Of a stretch of 36,881 nt of DNA, positions 1 to 7,600 are shown in pieces. A model generated the notes under the pieces. The model had not been told where the DNA came from. It saw nothing but the letters and a program-made list of their open reading frames with translations, and did no database searches. Position 1 is the stretch's first letter. Every line of letters starts with the position of its first letter. Position numbers and translations under genes: made by a program. This DNA comes from a virus: IMG/VR virus record IMGVR_UViG_3300031111_000005, positions 1 to 36,881 of that record. One strand, 5' to 3'.

Positions 1-127
1 CCTAATTTGTCTTACAATTTTTGCTGCCGTCCAATAACCACCAAGTAAATATGCCATTCTATTAAAAACAATCTCTTCATATCCTTGTGCTACTAAACAT
101 AAATTTAGTTCTTGCCCTACATTAGAA
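1..127. repeat. Terminal direct repeat, copy 1 (identical to 36755..36881)
   Basis: Direct comparison: cctaatttgtcttacaatttttgctgccgtcc...cttgccctacattagaa occurs at both ends of the window over 127 nt with no mismatch seen. Confidence 0.95.
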
Positions 128-180
128 AATGTTTGTTTAAGTTCTTTTTCCCACTTTTCATCAAATGATTCTTTGTTCAT
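1..180 (-). CDS. Hypothetical protein, 5' part of a junction-spanning 65-aa ORF (MNKESFDEKWEKELKQ...TAAKIVRQIR, continuing EEISR* at 36754..36737)
   Basis: ATG at 180. The frame stays open to position 1 and, after circularising on the repeat, ends at a TGA at 36737..36739 that overlaps the next ATG (ATGA). Confidence 0.5.
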   Translation of the reverse strand, partial: MNKESFDEKWEKELKQTFSNVGQELNLCLVAQGYEEIVFNRMAYLLGGYWTAAKIVRQIR

Positions 181-181
181 T

Positions 182-475
182 TTAAAAAGATAAACCCCCA
201 TTCTTCCAAATTAATTTATTTTCTTCTTGCTTCCTATTTCTCATTTCATCTACTTGTTGATTAGGCAAACATTCTCCTAAATTATTCTGAATAAATCTTC
301 TGCATCTTGTTATAGATTCAAAACTTGGTATATCTTCTAATTCATTATAATCAATATAAATTTTAAATCCCATCTTTCTTAATACTTCTAAAATAAGCCA
401 TTTGTCTGAATTTCTACTTTTATAATCTTCACTTAATACTTCATGCACTACATCTTTTAATTTTTGTTCATTCAT
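182..475 (-). CDS. Hypothetical protein (97 aa)
   Basis: ORF track; co-directional packing; overlaps the upstream ORF end by 8 nt. Confidence 0.55.
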   Translation of the reverse strand: MNEQKLKDVVHEVLSEDYKSRNSDKWLILEVLRKMGFKIYIDYNELEDIPSFESITRCRRFIQNNLGECLPNQQVDEMRNRKQEENKLIWKNGGLSF

Positions 476-710
476 CTTTAAATACCTTTTTCATTACTTT
501 AAACATAATTTTTTGCATAAGTTCTAATTCTTCTGGATTTTCTTCTAACATAGTTTTAATATCACACATTGCAAAATCTTCAATGACTATTTGTTCTGCC
601 AAAGTTAAAGATAAATTACATTTTAATCTACGATTACATCTAAGGCAATCCTTTCTTTTACATTTATCTTCATATCCACATTGAAGGTGTTCTATATTAT
701 TTGTTTTCAT
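468..710 (-). CDS. Cys-rich hypothetical protein (80 aa)
   Basis: ORF track. Cluster CGYEDKCKRKDCLRCNRRLKC. ATGA overlap with the upstream gene at 707..710. Confidence 0.55.
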   Translation of the reverse strand: MKTNNIEHLQCGYEDKCKRKDCLRCNRRLKCNLSLTLAEQIVIEDFAMCDIKTMLEENPEELELMQKIMFKVMKKVFKDE

Positions 711-750
711 TTCCCATTCTCCAATATTTTAATTGCTTGTTTTAATTCTT
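707..750. repeat. 44-bp near-identical repeat shared with 4000..4043 (3' ends of the paralogous Zn-finger genes)
   Basis: tcatttcc[c/t]attctccaatattttaattgcttgttttaattctt: 43/44 identical. Confidence 0.85.
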
Positions 751-1042
751 TTATTCTTTCATCAATATACCTACAATTCTTACAATAAAAATCTTTTTCT
801 TTATCTAAATCATCACAACATTTATCTAAAGTCATCATAAAAATTAAATCCCATTCAAATGCAATCTTTAGTTCTTGAATTGCTTTTTTGCAAGATGGAC
901 AAATAATTTTTTTATCTTTTCCCCATCTATCTCCACAACAAATATCCCTATAATTTTTATTATTAATAGTTGAATATCTATTCTCTGAATTTCCACATCC
1001 TTTCATTAATTTATTTGCTTGTTCTGTTGGTTTCATTTTCAT
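707..1042 (-). CDS. Cys-rich zinc-finger-like protein, paralog A of 4000..4260 (likely start at 1036)
   Basis: CxxC pairs (CPSCKK, CKNC). N-terminus MKPTEQANKLMKGCG and C-terminus IKELKQAIKILENGK match the paralog MKPTEQANKLMNGCG / IEELKQAIKILENRK. Confidence 0.65.
   Translation of the reverse strand: MKMKPTEQANKLMKGCGNSENRYSTINNKNYRDICCGDRWGKDKKIICPSCKKAIQELKIAFEWDLIFMMTLDKCCDDLDKEKDFYCKNCRYIDERIKELKQAIKILENGK
992..1039. repeat. 48-bp near-identical repeat shared with 4216..4263 (5' ends of the paralogous Zn-finger genes)
   Basis: tccacatcc[t/a]ttcattaatttatttgcttgttctgttggtttcatttt: 47/48 identical. Confidence 0.85.
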
Positions 1043-1700
1043 TAATTGGAACTTTATTGAAATGATTATTTTCTGGGGTCTTTTCCCCTATAATTTCGTC
1101 TTGCTTTTTTGAAACTCCAAACAAGCTACTCAAACTTCCCAATGATACTCCTGTTTTTTCTTTTATTTGATTATAGCTTAATCCTTTTTCTCTTAATTCT
1201 TTAATTATTTTTATTTTATTAGTGTGTAATTTTGGTCTTCCCCATTTCTTTCCTTTATGATTTTTGTGGGCAATTATCACTCTCTCAGATTTTCTTTGAG
1301 ATTCCATCTCTGCAATACTTCCTATCAAACCTAATAAAAATTCTTGTATTGTTCTTCCCAAACTTCCTTCTATGTTTATTGCTTCTAACCAAGATTCTTT
1401 AACTGAATGTATTTTGCAGCCATAATTTCTTAATATTGTTACATCTTCTAATAAAGTATCTCTATTTCTTACCCATCTATCTAATGCCCATACAATTACT
1501 GCTTTAATTTCCCCTTTACGAGCCATCTCCTTGACTTTTTCATATTTTGGTCTATCTATCTGTTTAAACCCAGAAAGTTTCTCCAGGACCACATCTTCTA
1601 CTTCATATCCCCTATTTTTAGCGAACTCTAAGCATTCTTCTTTTTGATTCTCTGGATTTTGTTCTTCTGTGCTTGTTCTTAAGTATATTATTGCTTTCAT
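1011..1700 (-). CDS. Small serine recombinase (resolvase/invertase family) with C-terminal HTH
   Basis: N-terminal AIIYLRTSTEEQ (catalytic-Ser motif, compare YxRVSTxxQ); VWALDRWVRN (compare LDRLGR); IAEMESQRKSERV (compare FAEFERxxIxER); C-terminal LREKGLSYNQIKEKTGVSLGSL helix-turn-helix. Confidence 0.9.
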   Translation of the reverse strand: MKAIIYLRTSTEEQNPENQKEECLEFAKNRGYEVEDVVLEKLSGFKQIDRPKYEKVKEMARKGEIKAVIVWALDRWVRNRDTLLEDVTILRNYGCKIHSVKESWLEAINIEGSLGRTIQEFLLGLIGSIAEMESQRKSERVIIAHKNHKGKKWGRPKLHTNKIKIIKELREKGLSYNQIKEKTGVSLGSLSSLFGVSKKQDEIIGEKTPENNHFNKVPINENETNRTSK

Positions 1701-1814
1701 TTAAAATTCATCCTTATGTAATTTAGTTTCTGGAGTAATTTCTAATTTTAATCTTTCTATTATTACTTCCAATTTTTCTATTATCTTTTTTATTTCATTT
1801 TCATTCATTTTCAT
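1701..1814 (-). CDS. Small helical ORF (37 aa, MKMNENEIKKIIEKLEVIIERLKLEITPETKLHKDEF)
   Basis: Hand translation. Its stop TAA at 1701..1703 directly abuts the recombinase ATG at 1700, and it lies just downstream of the methylase stop. Confidence 0.35.
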   Translation of the reverse strand: MKMNENEIKKIIEKLEVIIERLKLEITPETKLHKDEF

Positions 1815-1817
1815 TAT

Positions 1818-2930
1818 TTAGGGGAATTGTGAACCTATTGCTTTAATTACATTTACTGTTACAGCATTACCCATCATCTTATATCTTTGAGTATCACTAA
1901 AACCTTCTGTCCAGTTGTCTGGGAATCCTTGTAACCTTTCACATTCTGTTGGAGTTAATTTTCTTATTTTCATATCTTCCCTTACTCTTAAAGTATTATG
2001 GTGGGGTTCTTTTAAAGTAGGACATCTATCAGAATGTTCTTTGTTATTATACAAATCCATTATCTTTGTCATAACCCCTCCTCCTGTTCCAGTTGGGATT
2101 GTTGGACTAATTCCTTCTGTTCCATATACTCTTCTAGTATTTTCATGTCTTTTTTCCCATCCTGCTCCTTCAAGGATTCCTCTTTGTTCAATGGAATTGA
2201 GTGTAAATGTTGCTCCATCTTCTTTGAGTCTATCCCCAAATTTATATTTGTTTTCTCTTGCAATATCATCAACTTGGATAATTTGTCGTGAAGTTTTATT
2301 TTCTCCATCAATCTTATTGATTGATTCTCTGAAAGGTAGTATTTCTGGTCTGGGTTCTCCTCTAAGACTTCCGATAATGAACACCCGTTCTCTGTTCTGG
2401 GGAACTCCGAAAAATTTGCTGTTAAGTACCATCCATTGAACTTCATACCCCAATTCATCCAACGTTTGAAGGATGACGGAGAAAGTTTTCCCCTTTTCGT
2501 GATTGAGTAACCCTTTAACGTTTTCAAGGAGTACAATTTTAGGTCTTTTAACTTCAAGTATTCTGCTAATTTCAAAAAACATTGTGCCTCTGGTATCCTG
2601 GAAACCTCTCCTTTTTCCAGCGATTGAGAATGCTTGACAAGGAAATCCTCCACAGAGCAAATCAAAGTCTGGTAATTCATCTGCTTTAATTTTTGTTGCA
2701 TCTCCATAGTTTTTGATGTTTGGGAATCTTTTTTTGAGTAGTTCACTTGCGTATTTATCGATTTCTGACATCCCGATACAAGTAAATTGTTCTGATGCCA
2801 ATGGCTCTTGCTCAAACTTGGAGCTATCTTCTTCATTCCTCCTTTGTTGTTCCCACGAGGTCTTTGATAAACCAAGTTCGAATCCTCCGACTCCTGTGAA
2901 CATGCTAAAATATTTGATTTCATTTTCCAT
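1818..2930 (-). CDS. DNA (cytosine-5)-methyltransferase
   Basis: Canonical C5-MTase motifs in order: I FSMFTGVGGFELG, IV GGFPCQAFSIAGKRRG, VI LLENVKGL, VIII QNRERVFIIG, X GNAVTVNV. Confidence 0.95.
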   Translation of the reverse strand: MENEIKYFSMFTGVGGFELGLSKTSWEQQRRNEEDSSKFEQEPLASEQFTCIGMSEIDKYASELLKKRFPNIKNYGDATKIKADELPDFDLLCGGFPCQAFSIAGKRRGFQDTRGTMFFEISRILEVKRPKIVLLENVKGLLNHEKGKTFSVILQTLDELGYEVQWMVLNSKFFGVPQNRERVFIIGSLRGEPRPEILPFRESINKIDGENKTSRQIIQVDDIARENKYKFGDRLKEDGATFTLNSIEQRGILEGAGWEKRHENTRRVYGTEGISPTIPTGTGGGVMTKIMDLYNNKEHSDRCPTLKEPHHNTLRVREDMKIRKLTPTECERLQGFPDNWTEGFSDTQRYKMMGNAVTVNVIKAIGSQFP

Positions 2931-2987
2931 TTTTTACCTCATTCGTCACACTAGTAGGGTTTTGTGAACTTTGTTTTATAATTCTTT

Positions 2988-3143
2988 TCATTCAAAAACC
3001 TCAAAAGGCATATCATTTAATTTAAATCTTCCATCTATTAACCAATTCATATTCATATATCCATTTATAACTTCTTTATCAACTTCAATTATAACTTTCT
3101 TATTATTTCTTAATTGTTCTTCTATATATTCTTTTAAGTCCAT
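2988..3143 (-). CDS. Small hypothetical ORF (51 aa, MDLKEYIEEQLRNNKK...)
   Basis: Hand translation; fills the gap between neighbouring minus-strand genes. The plus-strand ORF 2971..3165 is its shadow. Confidence 0.35.
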   Translation of the reverse strand: MDLKEYIEEQLRNNKKVIIEVDKEVINGYMNMNWLIDGRFKLNDMPFEVFE

Positions 3144-3334
3144 TCTTTATCTCTTGACATTTTAGTATTTAATTGTAATTTTCTTTCATAAAAAGAAATC
3201 TCTCCGTTCATTTCTCCTATTAACATAAATAACTCTTCTGCAAACTTTGCAAGTTTTTCTGAAGGTTTAAATCCTAATTTTATACTAGAAAATTCTTCAA
3301 TTATTCTATTTATTCTATTTTCAAATTTCGTCAT
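3134..3334 (-). CDS. Hypothetical protein (66 aa)
   Basis: ORF track; ATGA overlap with the upstream small ORF. Confidence 0.5.
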   Translation of the reverse strand: MTKFENRINRIIEEFSSIKLGFKPSEKLAKFAEELFMLIGEMNGEISFYERKLQLNTKMSRDKEWT

Positions 3335-3492
3335 TTTTTAAGTGAATTGTGACTATATAATTTATTTAATCCTTTTATCATAAACATATCATAAGATATT
3401 GGAACAAAACCCATATTATTACAAGCTTTTAAGTATACCAAATATTGAAAATCTAAAGCTAACCAATTCCAAATATAATTAATACAATTCAT
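3331..3492 (-). CDS. Small hypothetical ORF (53 aa, MNCINYIWNWLALDFQ...)
   Basis: Hand translation; its stop TGA overlaps the ATG at 3334 (ATGA). Confidence 0.4.
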   Translation of the reverse strand: MNCINYIWNWLALDFQYLVYLKACNNMGFVPISYDMFMIKGLNKLYSHNSLKK

Positions 3493-3617
3493 TTCTCTAC
3501 CTCCTTTTGCATTTTTGGTGGCTTTTGTTTTTGTTTCATTTTAAGTTTAATTCTGATTTTATCCATTTAATATTTATAATCTGAATTATGCAAAAAACAA
3601 TTCCAACAATTAATAAT

Positions 3618-3806
3618 TCATTTATCCCCATCTTTCCCTCCATTCACTATTGGTGTCTTTTGTGTTTCATAATATAAATTATTGTAAAAATAGGCATACA
3701 TTGATGCAACTCCCCAACCAAGAAAAGCTTGAATATTCCCAATAAGTAATGAACTAATACAAGCAATTCCACCAAAAATATAAACTATTAATTCCATAGA
3801 TTTCAT
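3618..3806 (-). CDS. Small membrane protein (62 aa, two hydrophobic segments)
   Basis: ORF track; hydrophobic stretches IVYIFGGIACISSLLIG and AFLGWGVASMYAYF. Confidence 0.55.
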   Translation of the reverse strand: MKSMELIVYIFGGIACISSLLIGNIQAFLGWGVASMYAYFYNNLYYETQKTPIVNGGKDGDK

Positions 3807-4003
3807 TTCTTTTCCTCCTTTAAAATAAATTTGTAAGTATCAACATATTCTCGGTGTTGTGAAACTTCGTAACCTCTTTTCTCTGCTATGTTTACAATTA
3901 TATCATAAACTTTTAGTTTAATTGTTTTTATTTCTCCTATTTCCCACATACTTTTGTGAATTTTAGATATAAGGTTGTCTAAGTTTTTTGGTAGTTTTTT
4001 CAT
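3803..4003 (-). CDS. Hypothetical protein (66 aa)
   Basis: ORF track; 4-nt overlaps at both ends. Confidence 0.55.
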   Translation of the reverse strand: MKKLPKNLDNLISKIHKSMWEIGEIKTIKLKVYDIIVNIAEKRGYEVSQHREYVDTYKFILKEEKK

Positions 4004-4260
4004 TTCCTATTCTCCAATATTTTAATTGCTTGTTTTAATTCTTCTATTTGTTTTTTAATAAATTCCATTTGTCCCTCATTGTATTCTTTTTTAGGTTTGT
4101 CTAATAAATTTCTATTCCACATCTCTTCCCATTTCTCCAACTCATTTTCAAATACAATCTTTAGTTCTACTTTTTTTGCTTCACATTCACTACATAAACT
4201 ATATCTTGGACAATATCCACATCCATTCATTAATTTATTTGCTTGTTCTGTTGGTTTCAT
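4000..4260 (-). CDS. Cys-rich zinc-finger-like protein, paralog B of 707..1036
   Basis: Start moved to the MKPTEQ Met (ATG at 4260) by analogy with paralog A. CGYCPRYSLCSEC cluster. Shared termini at protein and nucleotide level. Confidence 0.6.
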   Translation of the reverse strand: MKPTEQANKLMNGCGYCPRYSLCSECEAKKVELKIVFENELEKWEEMWNRNLLDKPKKEYNEGQMEFIKKQIEELKQAIKILENRK

Positions 4261-4409
4261 TTTAACTCCTCTCCTACATTTTCCTCTACATAGTATTTCC
4301 AATTTAATTCACTTAAAGCATTTACATATCTTTGTGCTGCGAAACCAGCTTCATCAAAATACTTTTTATTTAGTTCTTCAATTTTTTTTCTGTATTCTTT
4401 TTGTTTCAT
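4257..4409 (-). CDS. Small hypothetical ORF (50 aa, MKQKEYRKKIEELNKKYFDEAGF...)
   Basis: Hand translation. Shares its first 8 codons (MKQKEYRK) with the ORF starting at 4590. Stop overlaps the ATG at 4260 (ATGA). Confidence 0.4.
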   Translation of the reverse strand: MKQKEYRKKIEELNKKYFDEAGFAAQRYVNALSELNWKYYVEENVGEELK

Positions 4410-4590
4410 CTTTTATATTCTCCACAATTTTATTATCCCATAATAAATTATCTAATCTCATAACTTCTTCTTTTAATCTCTCATGTCCTTGAATTACACT
4501 TACATAACCAATAATCCAATTTATTACACTAATAACCTCTATATCATTCACTTTTCTATTCATTTGTTTTCTGTATTCTTTTTGTTTCAT
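4378..4590 (-). CDS. Hypothetical protein (70 aa from MKQKEYRKQMNRK...)
   Basis: ORF track entry 4378..4629, trimmed to the Met that follows the upstream stop at 4592. Confidence 0.5.
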   Translation of the reverse strand: MKQKEYRKQMNRKVNDIEVISVINWIIGYVSVIQGHERLKEEVMRLDNLLWDNKIVENIKDETKRIQKKN

Positions 4591-4591
4591 T

Positions 4592-4975
4592 TTAATATAC
4601 AAATTCCTCCAGTTGTTTCTCCATTTCATTTATATTATCACTTAATTTATTCAAATCAATAATTACTAAATCTGTTGTAAAAAACATATCATTCCATTCT
4701 TTATATTTTTCTAATTTATCTTTTACTTTATTCATGTCTTTTTGAATTTCATAAGCATATTTATTTTTTGTTTTATAGTTTTCAAAGTATAAATCGCAGA
4801 TTATTCCATCACTTACTTCAAATTCTGTATAAATTTTTATGTATTGTTTTTCTGATTTATGTTGTCTAATTAATTTTCTTAATAATAATAATTTACATAC
4901 TTCGTGCTTATCTCTTTTTATATCACAGCTTGTTATTCTTATTTTGAATTGCTCTGACCAATTAATTTGACTCAT
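4592..4975 (-). CDS. Hypothetical protein (127 aa), weak PD-(D/E)xK-nuclease-like pattern
   Basis: ORF track. The stretch ICDLYFEN...YAYEIQKD loosely resembles a D...E-x-K nuclease core. This is not diagnostic by eye. Confidence 0.55.
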   Translation of the reverse strand: MSQINWSEQFKIRITSCDIKRDKHEVCKLLLLRKLIRQHKSEKQYIKIYTEFEVSDGIICDLYFENYKTKNKYAYEIQKDMNKVKDKLEKYKEWNDMFFTTDLVIIDLNKLSDNINEMEKQLEEFVY

Positions 4976-5430
4976 TTTGAATATACTCCCATTTCACATT
5001 TTATTAAATTATTGTTTGTTAAAAAAATTATTGCTGATTCTCCTTGTTCTCTTGACATCCCACAAGCCTTGTATATTTTTGTTTTAGTCATTGGTTTATT
5101 TTCTACTTCTAATAAACATAGTATTCTTTTTAATTGATGAACATTTGCTGTTCTTGATTCATTTGTTTTCTTTTCTACTTTTTGAATATTTACTTGGTGT
5201 TTTGCATTGAATAATTCTTTATTTTGTTTTTTCTTTTCTTCTTTTAATTTATTTATTTCTTTTTCTTTATTATTTATTTGTGTTTCTAATTTTTTTATTT
5301 CTCTTTTTAATATATCAAAACCTTTATTGTTTCCTATTAAATTAGTTAATTCAAATTCTATTTGGTCTGATGGCATTCCATGAAATCTTTTTAATCCTTT
5401 TAAGTAACTTAATTCTACTTTAGTTAACAT
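4972..5430 (-). CDS. Coiled-coil protein with possible C-terminal winged-helix domain (152 aa)
   Basis: ORF track. K/E-rich heptad-like middle (KKLETQINNKEKEINKLKEEKKK). C-terminal TKIYKACGMSREQGESAIIFLTNNNLI is HTH-like. Confidence 0.6.
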   Translation of the reverse strand: MLTKVELSYLKGLKRFHGMPSDQIEFELTNLIGNNKGFDILKREIKKLETQINNKEKEINKLKEEKKKQNKELFNAKHQVNIQKVEKKTNESRTANVHQLKRILCLLEVENKPMTKTKIYKACGMSREQGESAIIFLTNNNLIKCEMGVYSK

Positions 5431-5557
5431 CTTCTTTTATTACCTCCAGATGAAGACAATATGGACATTGAACATACGCTTGATGTTTATTTTCTTTTAA
5501 CCAATTTAACCAATCGTTTATAATTATTCTTCCACATCTTTCACACCTCTTTTCCAT
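5420..5557 (-). CDS. Small zinc-ribbon ORF (45 aa, MEKRCERCGRII...CPYCLHLEV...)
   Basis: Hand translation; two CxxC pairs; sits between the 5559 stop and the 5430 start. Confidence 0.45.
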   Translation of the reverse strand: MEKRCERCGRIIINDWLNWLKENKHQAYVQCPYCLHLEVIKEDVN

Positions 5558-5558
5558 G

Positions 5559-5825
5559 TTAATCGCTATTACTCCTTACGATTATATTTTGTGTTGAATC
5601 AAAACTTGGAATTTCACAAACTAATTTTCCATCTTCTACTGAAGCTATAGATTTATTTCCAGTTAATTGGTAACAAATATCATTTCCAACTTCTTGGTTT
5701 ATTATTAAATCATTATTTAAACATATTAAAATAATCATTACACCCAAAACACATCCAATAACAATACCTAAAAAAAACATTTGTAAACTACATTCTTCTT
5801 CCATCTTAATAATTCCTCCTTTCAT
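5559..5825 (-). CDS. Single-pass membrane protein (88 aa)
   Basis: ORF track; hydrophobic FFLGIVIGCVLGVMIILICL; AGGAGG upstream of the ATG. Confidence 0.6.
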   Translation of the reverse strand: MKGGIIKMEEECSLQMFFLGIVIGCVLGVMIILICLNNDLIINQEVGNDICYQLTGNKSIASVEDGKLVCEIPSFDSTQNIIVRSNSD

Positions 5826-5839
5826 TTTTAAAAATAAAA

Positions 5840-5901
5840 GATGAGGAATCCCTTTCAGAAATCTTTTTATTGTAGGTTAAAAGATTTTTTGATTCCCCAT
5901 C
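5840..5901 (-). terminator. Imperfect 62-nt hairpin followed by a T-run on the transcribed strand (terminator-like)
   Basis: Arms gatgaggaatc (5840..5850) / gattccccatc (5891..5901) and aaatctttt (5859..5867) / aaaagattt (5879..5887). On the minus strand it is followed by CTTTTATTTTT. Confidence 0.35.
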
Positions 5902-5943
5902 CTTACTGAGATTAACTTGGCTACTCATGTATTTCATAGGGTA

Positions 5944-6123
5944 TTATTCTTTATAAATCTTTGTTGTCATTTTTTTATAGTTAATTTTATCAATATTTAT
6001 TTTACCGACGGAGATTATATTTTGAGTTTTTTTCCAGCAATTAAAACATAAAAGTTTGTCTTTATTTTTCCATAATTGATTATACTTTTTTTTACATTTA
6101 TCACATACTTTTTTTATTCTCAT
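5944..6123 (-). CDS. Small zinc-ribbon ORF (59 aa, MRIKKVCDKCKKK...CFNCWKK...)
   Basis: Hand translation; two CxxC pairs; overlaps the 3' end of 6101..6988 in another frame. Confidence 0.4.
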   Translation of the reverse strand: MRIKKVCDKCKKKYNQLWKNKDKLLCFNCWKKTQNIISVGKINIDKINYKKMTTKIYKE

Positions 6124-6988
6124 TTAACTTTTTTACCTCCTTTACTAAATCATTAATTCCATTCCCTATCTTATCTAATAATTCTTGATGCTTTACTATA
6201 TTCTTATCAAAAACTACTTGATTTTGTGTTACTTGATTCATTCTTTCCAAAATAAATGTTGGAGTTACTTGAAATTTTGTTCTTTTGTGGTCATTCCAGA
6301 AATCTTGTAATTGTTTGTTTACATTCATCTCATTTGTTTCTAATTCTCCTAAAGAAAGAGAGTCATCAATCCACATCCATTCTTTTCCATCTTCATTTTT
6401 GATATATAGCTTTTCTCCATTATCATTGTATTGTCTTGCTAATTCGTTTTTTATTAATCCAAAGTGTTCTCTGCTTGTTTTAAACATATAAGAAATTAAT
6501 GATAAACCTAATTCATTTAATACTTTCTTTATTGTTCTATCTAATTCAAATACTGCTTTTCCTTTTGCTTGATAAGAGTTTTCTCCAAAGAAGTCTTTTG
6601 GTTCAAATATTAACATTCCTTTTTTGCTTAGCCATATTTTCTTATTGTTTTCTATTATTCTTATTACTTTGTTGTTTGATTGTAATTTGTATTTGTATTT
6701 TGATTTATCTATTTGTTTTTTCCAATCTATTTCTCTTCCAAATTTTATATTCCAAATGAAAGCATGACCCCTACAAGGTCTTTGTTTTTTAACTTGCGTA
6801 TGGGTATTGAAATTTTGAACTAACCAAACACCATTTCCTTTATAGATTAAAGTTCCATTTTCTTTAAGTTTCCGAAGATAATAAGACAAATTTGATTTAG
6901 AAATACCCAATTCTTTAGCAACTTCTTTTGCTTTTTTTCCCTCTTTTAATTTTGAAACTATAGTTCCAAGTTCAAATTTTTCACCCAT
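6101..6988 (-). CDS. Winged helix-turn-helix DNA-binding protein with large C-terminal domain (295 aa)
   Basis: N-terminal AKEVAKELGISKSNLSYYLRKLKENGTLIYKGNGVWLV is ArsR/MarR-like wHTH. It is the first gene after a class-1 promoter. Confidence 0.7.
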   Translation of the reverse strand: MGEKFELGTIVSKLKEGKKAKEVAKELGISKSNLSYYLRKLKENGTLIYKGNGVWLVQNFNTHTQVKKQRPCRGHAFIWNIKFGREIDWKKQIDKSKYKYKLQSNNKVIRIIENNKKIWLSKKGMLIFEPKDFFGENSYQAKGKAVFELDRTIKKVLNELGLSLISYMFKTSREHFGLIKNELARQYNDNGEKLYIKNEDGKEWMWIDDSLSLGELETNEMNVNKQLQDFWNDHKRTKFQVTPTFILERMNQVTQNQVVFDKNIVKHQELLDKIGNGINDLVKEVKKLNENKKSM

Positions 6989-7015
6989 TTTTCTACCTAT
7001 TGAAGTTTGAACTTC

Positions 7016-7050
7016 TATTTAAATAATTCTTTAAACTCAAAAGTAGTGAA
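7016..7050 (-). promoter_or_regulatory. Class-1 promoter: TTCACTACTTTT box + TATA (TTTAAATA) upstream of 6988
   Basis: Minus-strand reading TTCACTACTTTTGAGTTTAAAGAATTATTTAAATA. The same 12-nt box plus a TATA-like box recurs at 11474..11509 and 30211..30245. TATA lies about 27 nt before the ATG. Confidence 0.6.
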
Positions 7051-7187
7051 ATATCTTAATTTTCCAATATTTTTGTTAGATATGTAAAATACAAAACATT
7101 TAAATATACAAAATACTATAATATATTGACAGAAAGGGGGCGAAGTAATCCACTTGCTACGGTCTAATTTAGCTCAGGACAATGCTT

Positions 7188-7373
7188 CTAACCCCCATTT
7201 AACCATTTTAATGCTTCTTTCTTTGTTAATGTTCTTTTACTACTATCTCTCAAACATTTTGGATGGTATGTCTTTCTATCTTTAAATGCAACCTCCCCTT
7301 TAATTTTCTTTTTACACTTAAAACATATATCCATTCTTAATATAAAAATATCCTCTTTAAATATTTTTCGCAA
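7188..7373 (-). CDS. Small zinc-finger-like protein (61 aa)
   Basis: ORF track; CFKCKKK...HPKC. Confidence 0.5.
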   Translation of the reverse strand: MRKIFKEDIFILRMDICFKCKKKIKGEVAFKDRKTYHPKCLRDSSKRTLTKKEALKWLNGG

Positions 7374-7600
7374 TCATTATCAATTATTCTGTATGTTTGC
7401 CTATTTATCTTTTCCAACAATTCATAATATTCTAAATCTTTTATTACATATTTTATAAGATGTTTACTAAATCCAACCCTCTTTATAATTGTTCTGTTTA
7501 AAACATCATATATTTTGGATTTTAAAATATGTTCTGTTCTACTATCTTTTCTCAACTTACTATATAAAAAAATGTAAAGTATTGGTATTTTCTTAACCAT
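7337..7600 (-). CDS. Hypothetical protein (87 aa), possible wHTH
   Basis: ORF track; co-directional overlap with its neighbours. Confidence 0.5.
   Translation of the reverse strand: MVKKIPILYIFLYSKLRKDSRTEHILKSKIYDVLNRTIIKRVGFSKHLIKYVIKDLEYYELLEKINRQTYRIIDNDCEKYLKRIFLY

Noticed and set aside
1915-2967. Plus-strand ORFs (1915..2439, 2034..2291, 2713..2967) and the alternative minus frame 2069..2923, all overlapping the methyltransferase gene.
   Set aside because: The frame 1818..2930 contains the full ordered set of C5-MTase motifs. The other frames give low-complexity products with no motifs.
4079-4492. 137-aa plus-strand ORF, and the other plus-strand ORFs inside the minus-strand gene string (for example 6285..6759, 8891..9118, 11995..12333, 15403..15702, 16680..17030, 25316..25675, 25829..26185, 35726..36184).
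   Set aside because: All are antisense to better-supported minus-strand genes, lack RBS or promoter context, and give F/L/S/I-rich low-complexity products typical of reverse-frame readings of AT-rich genes.
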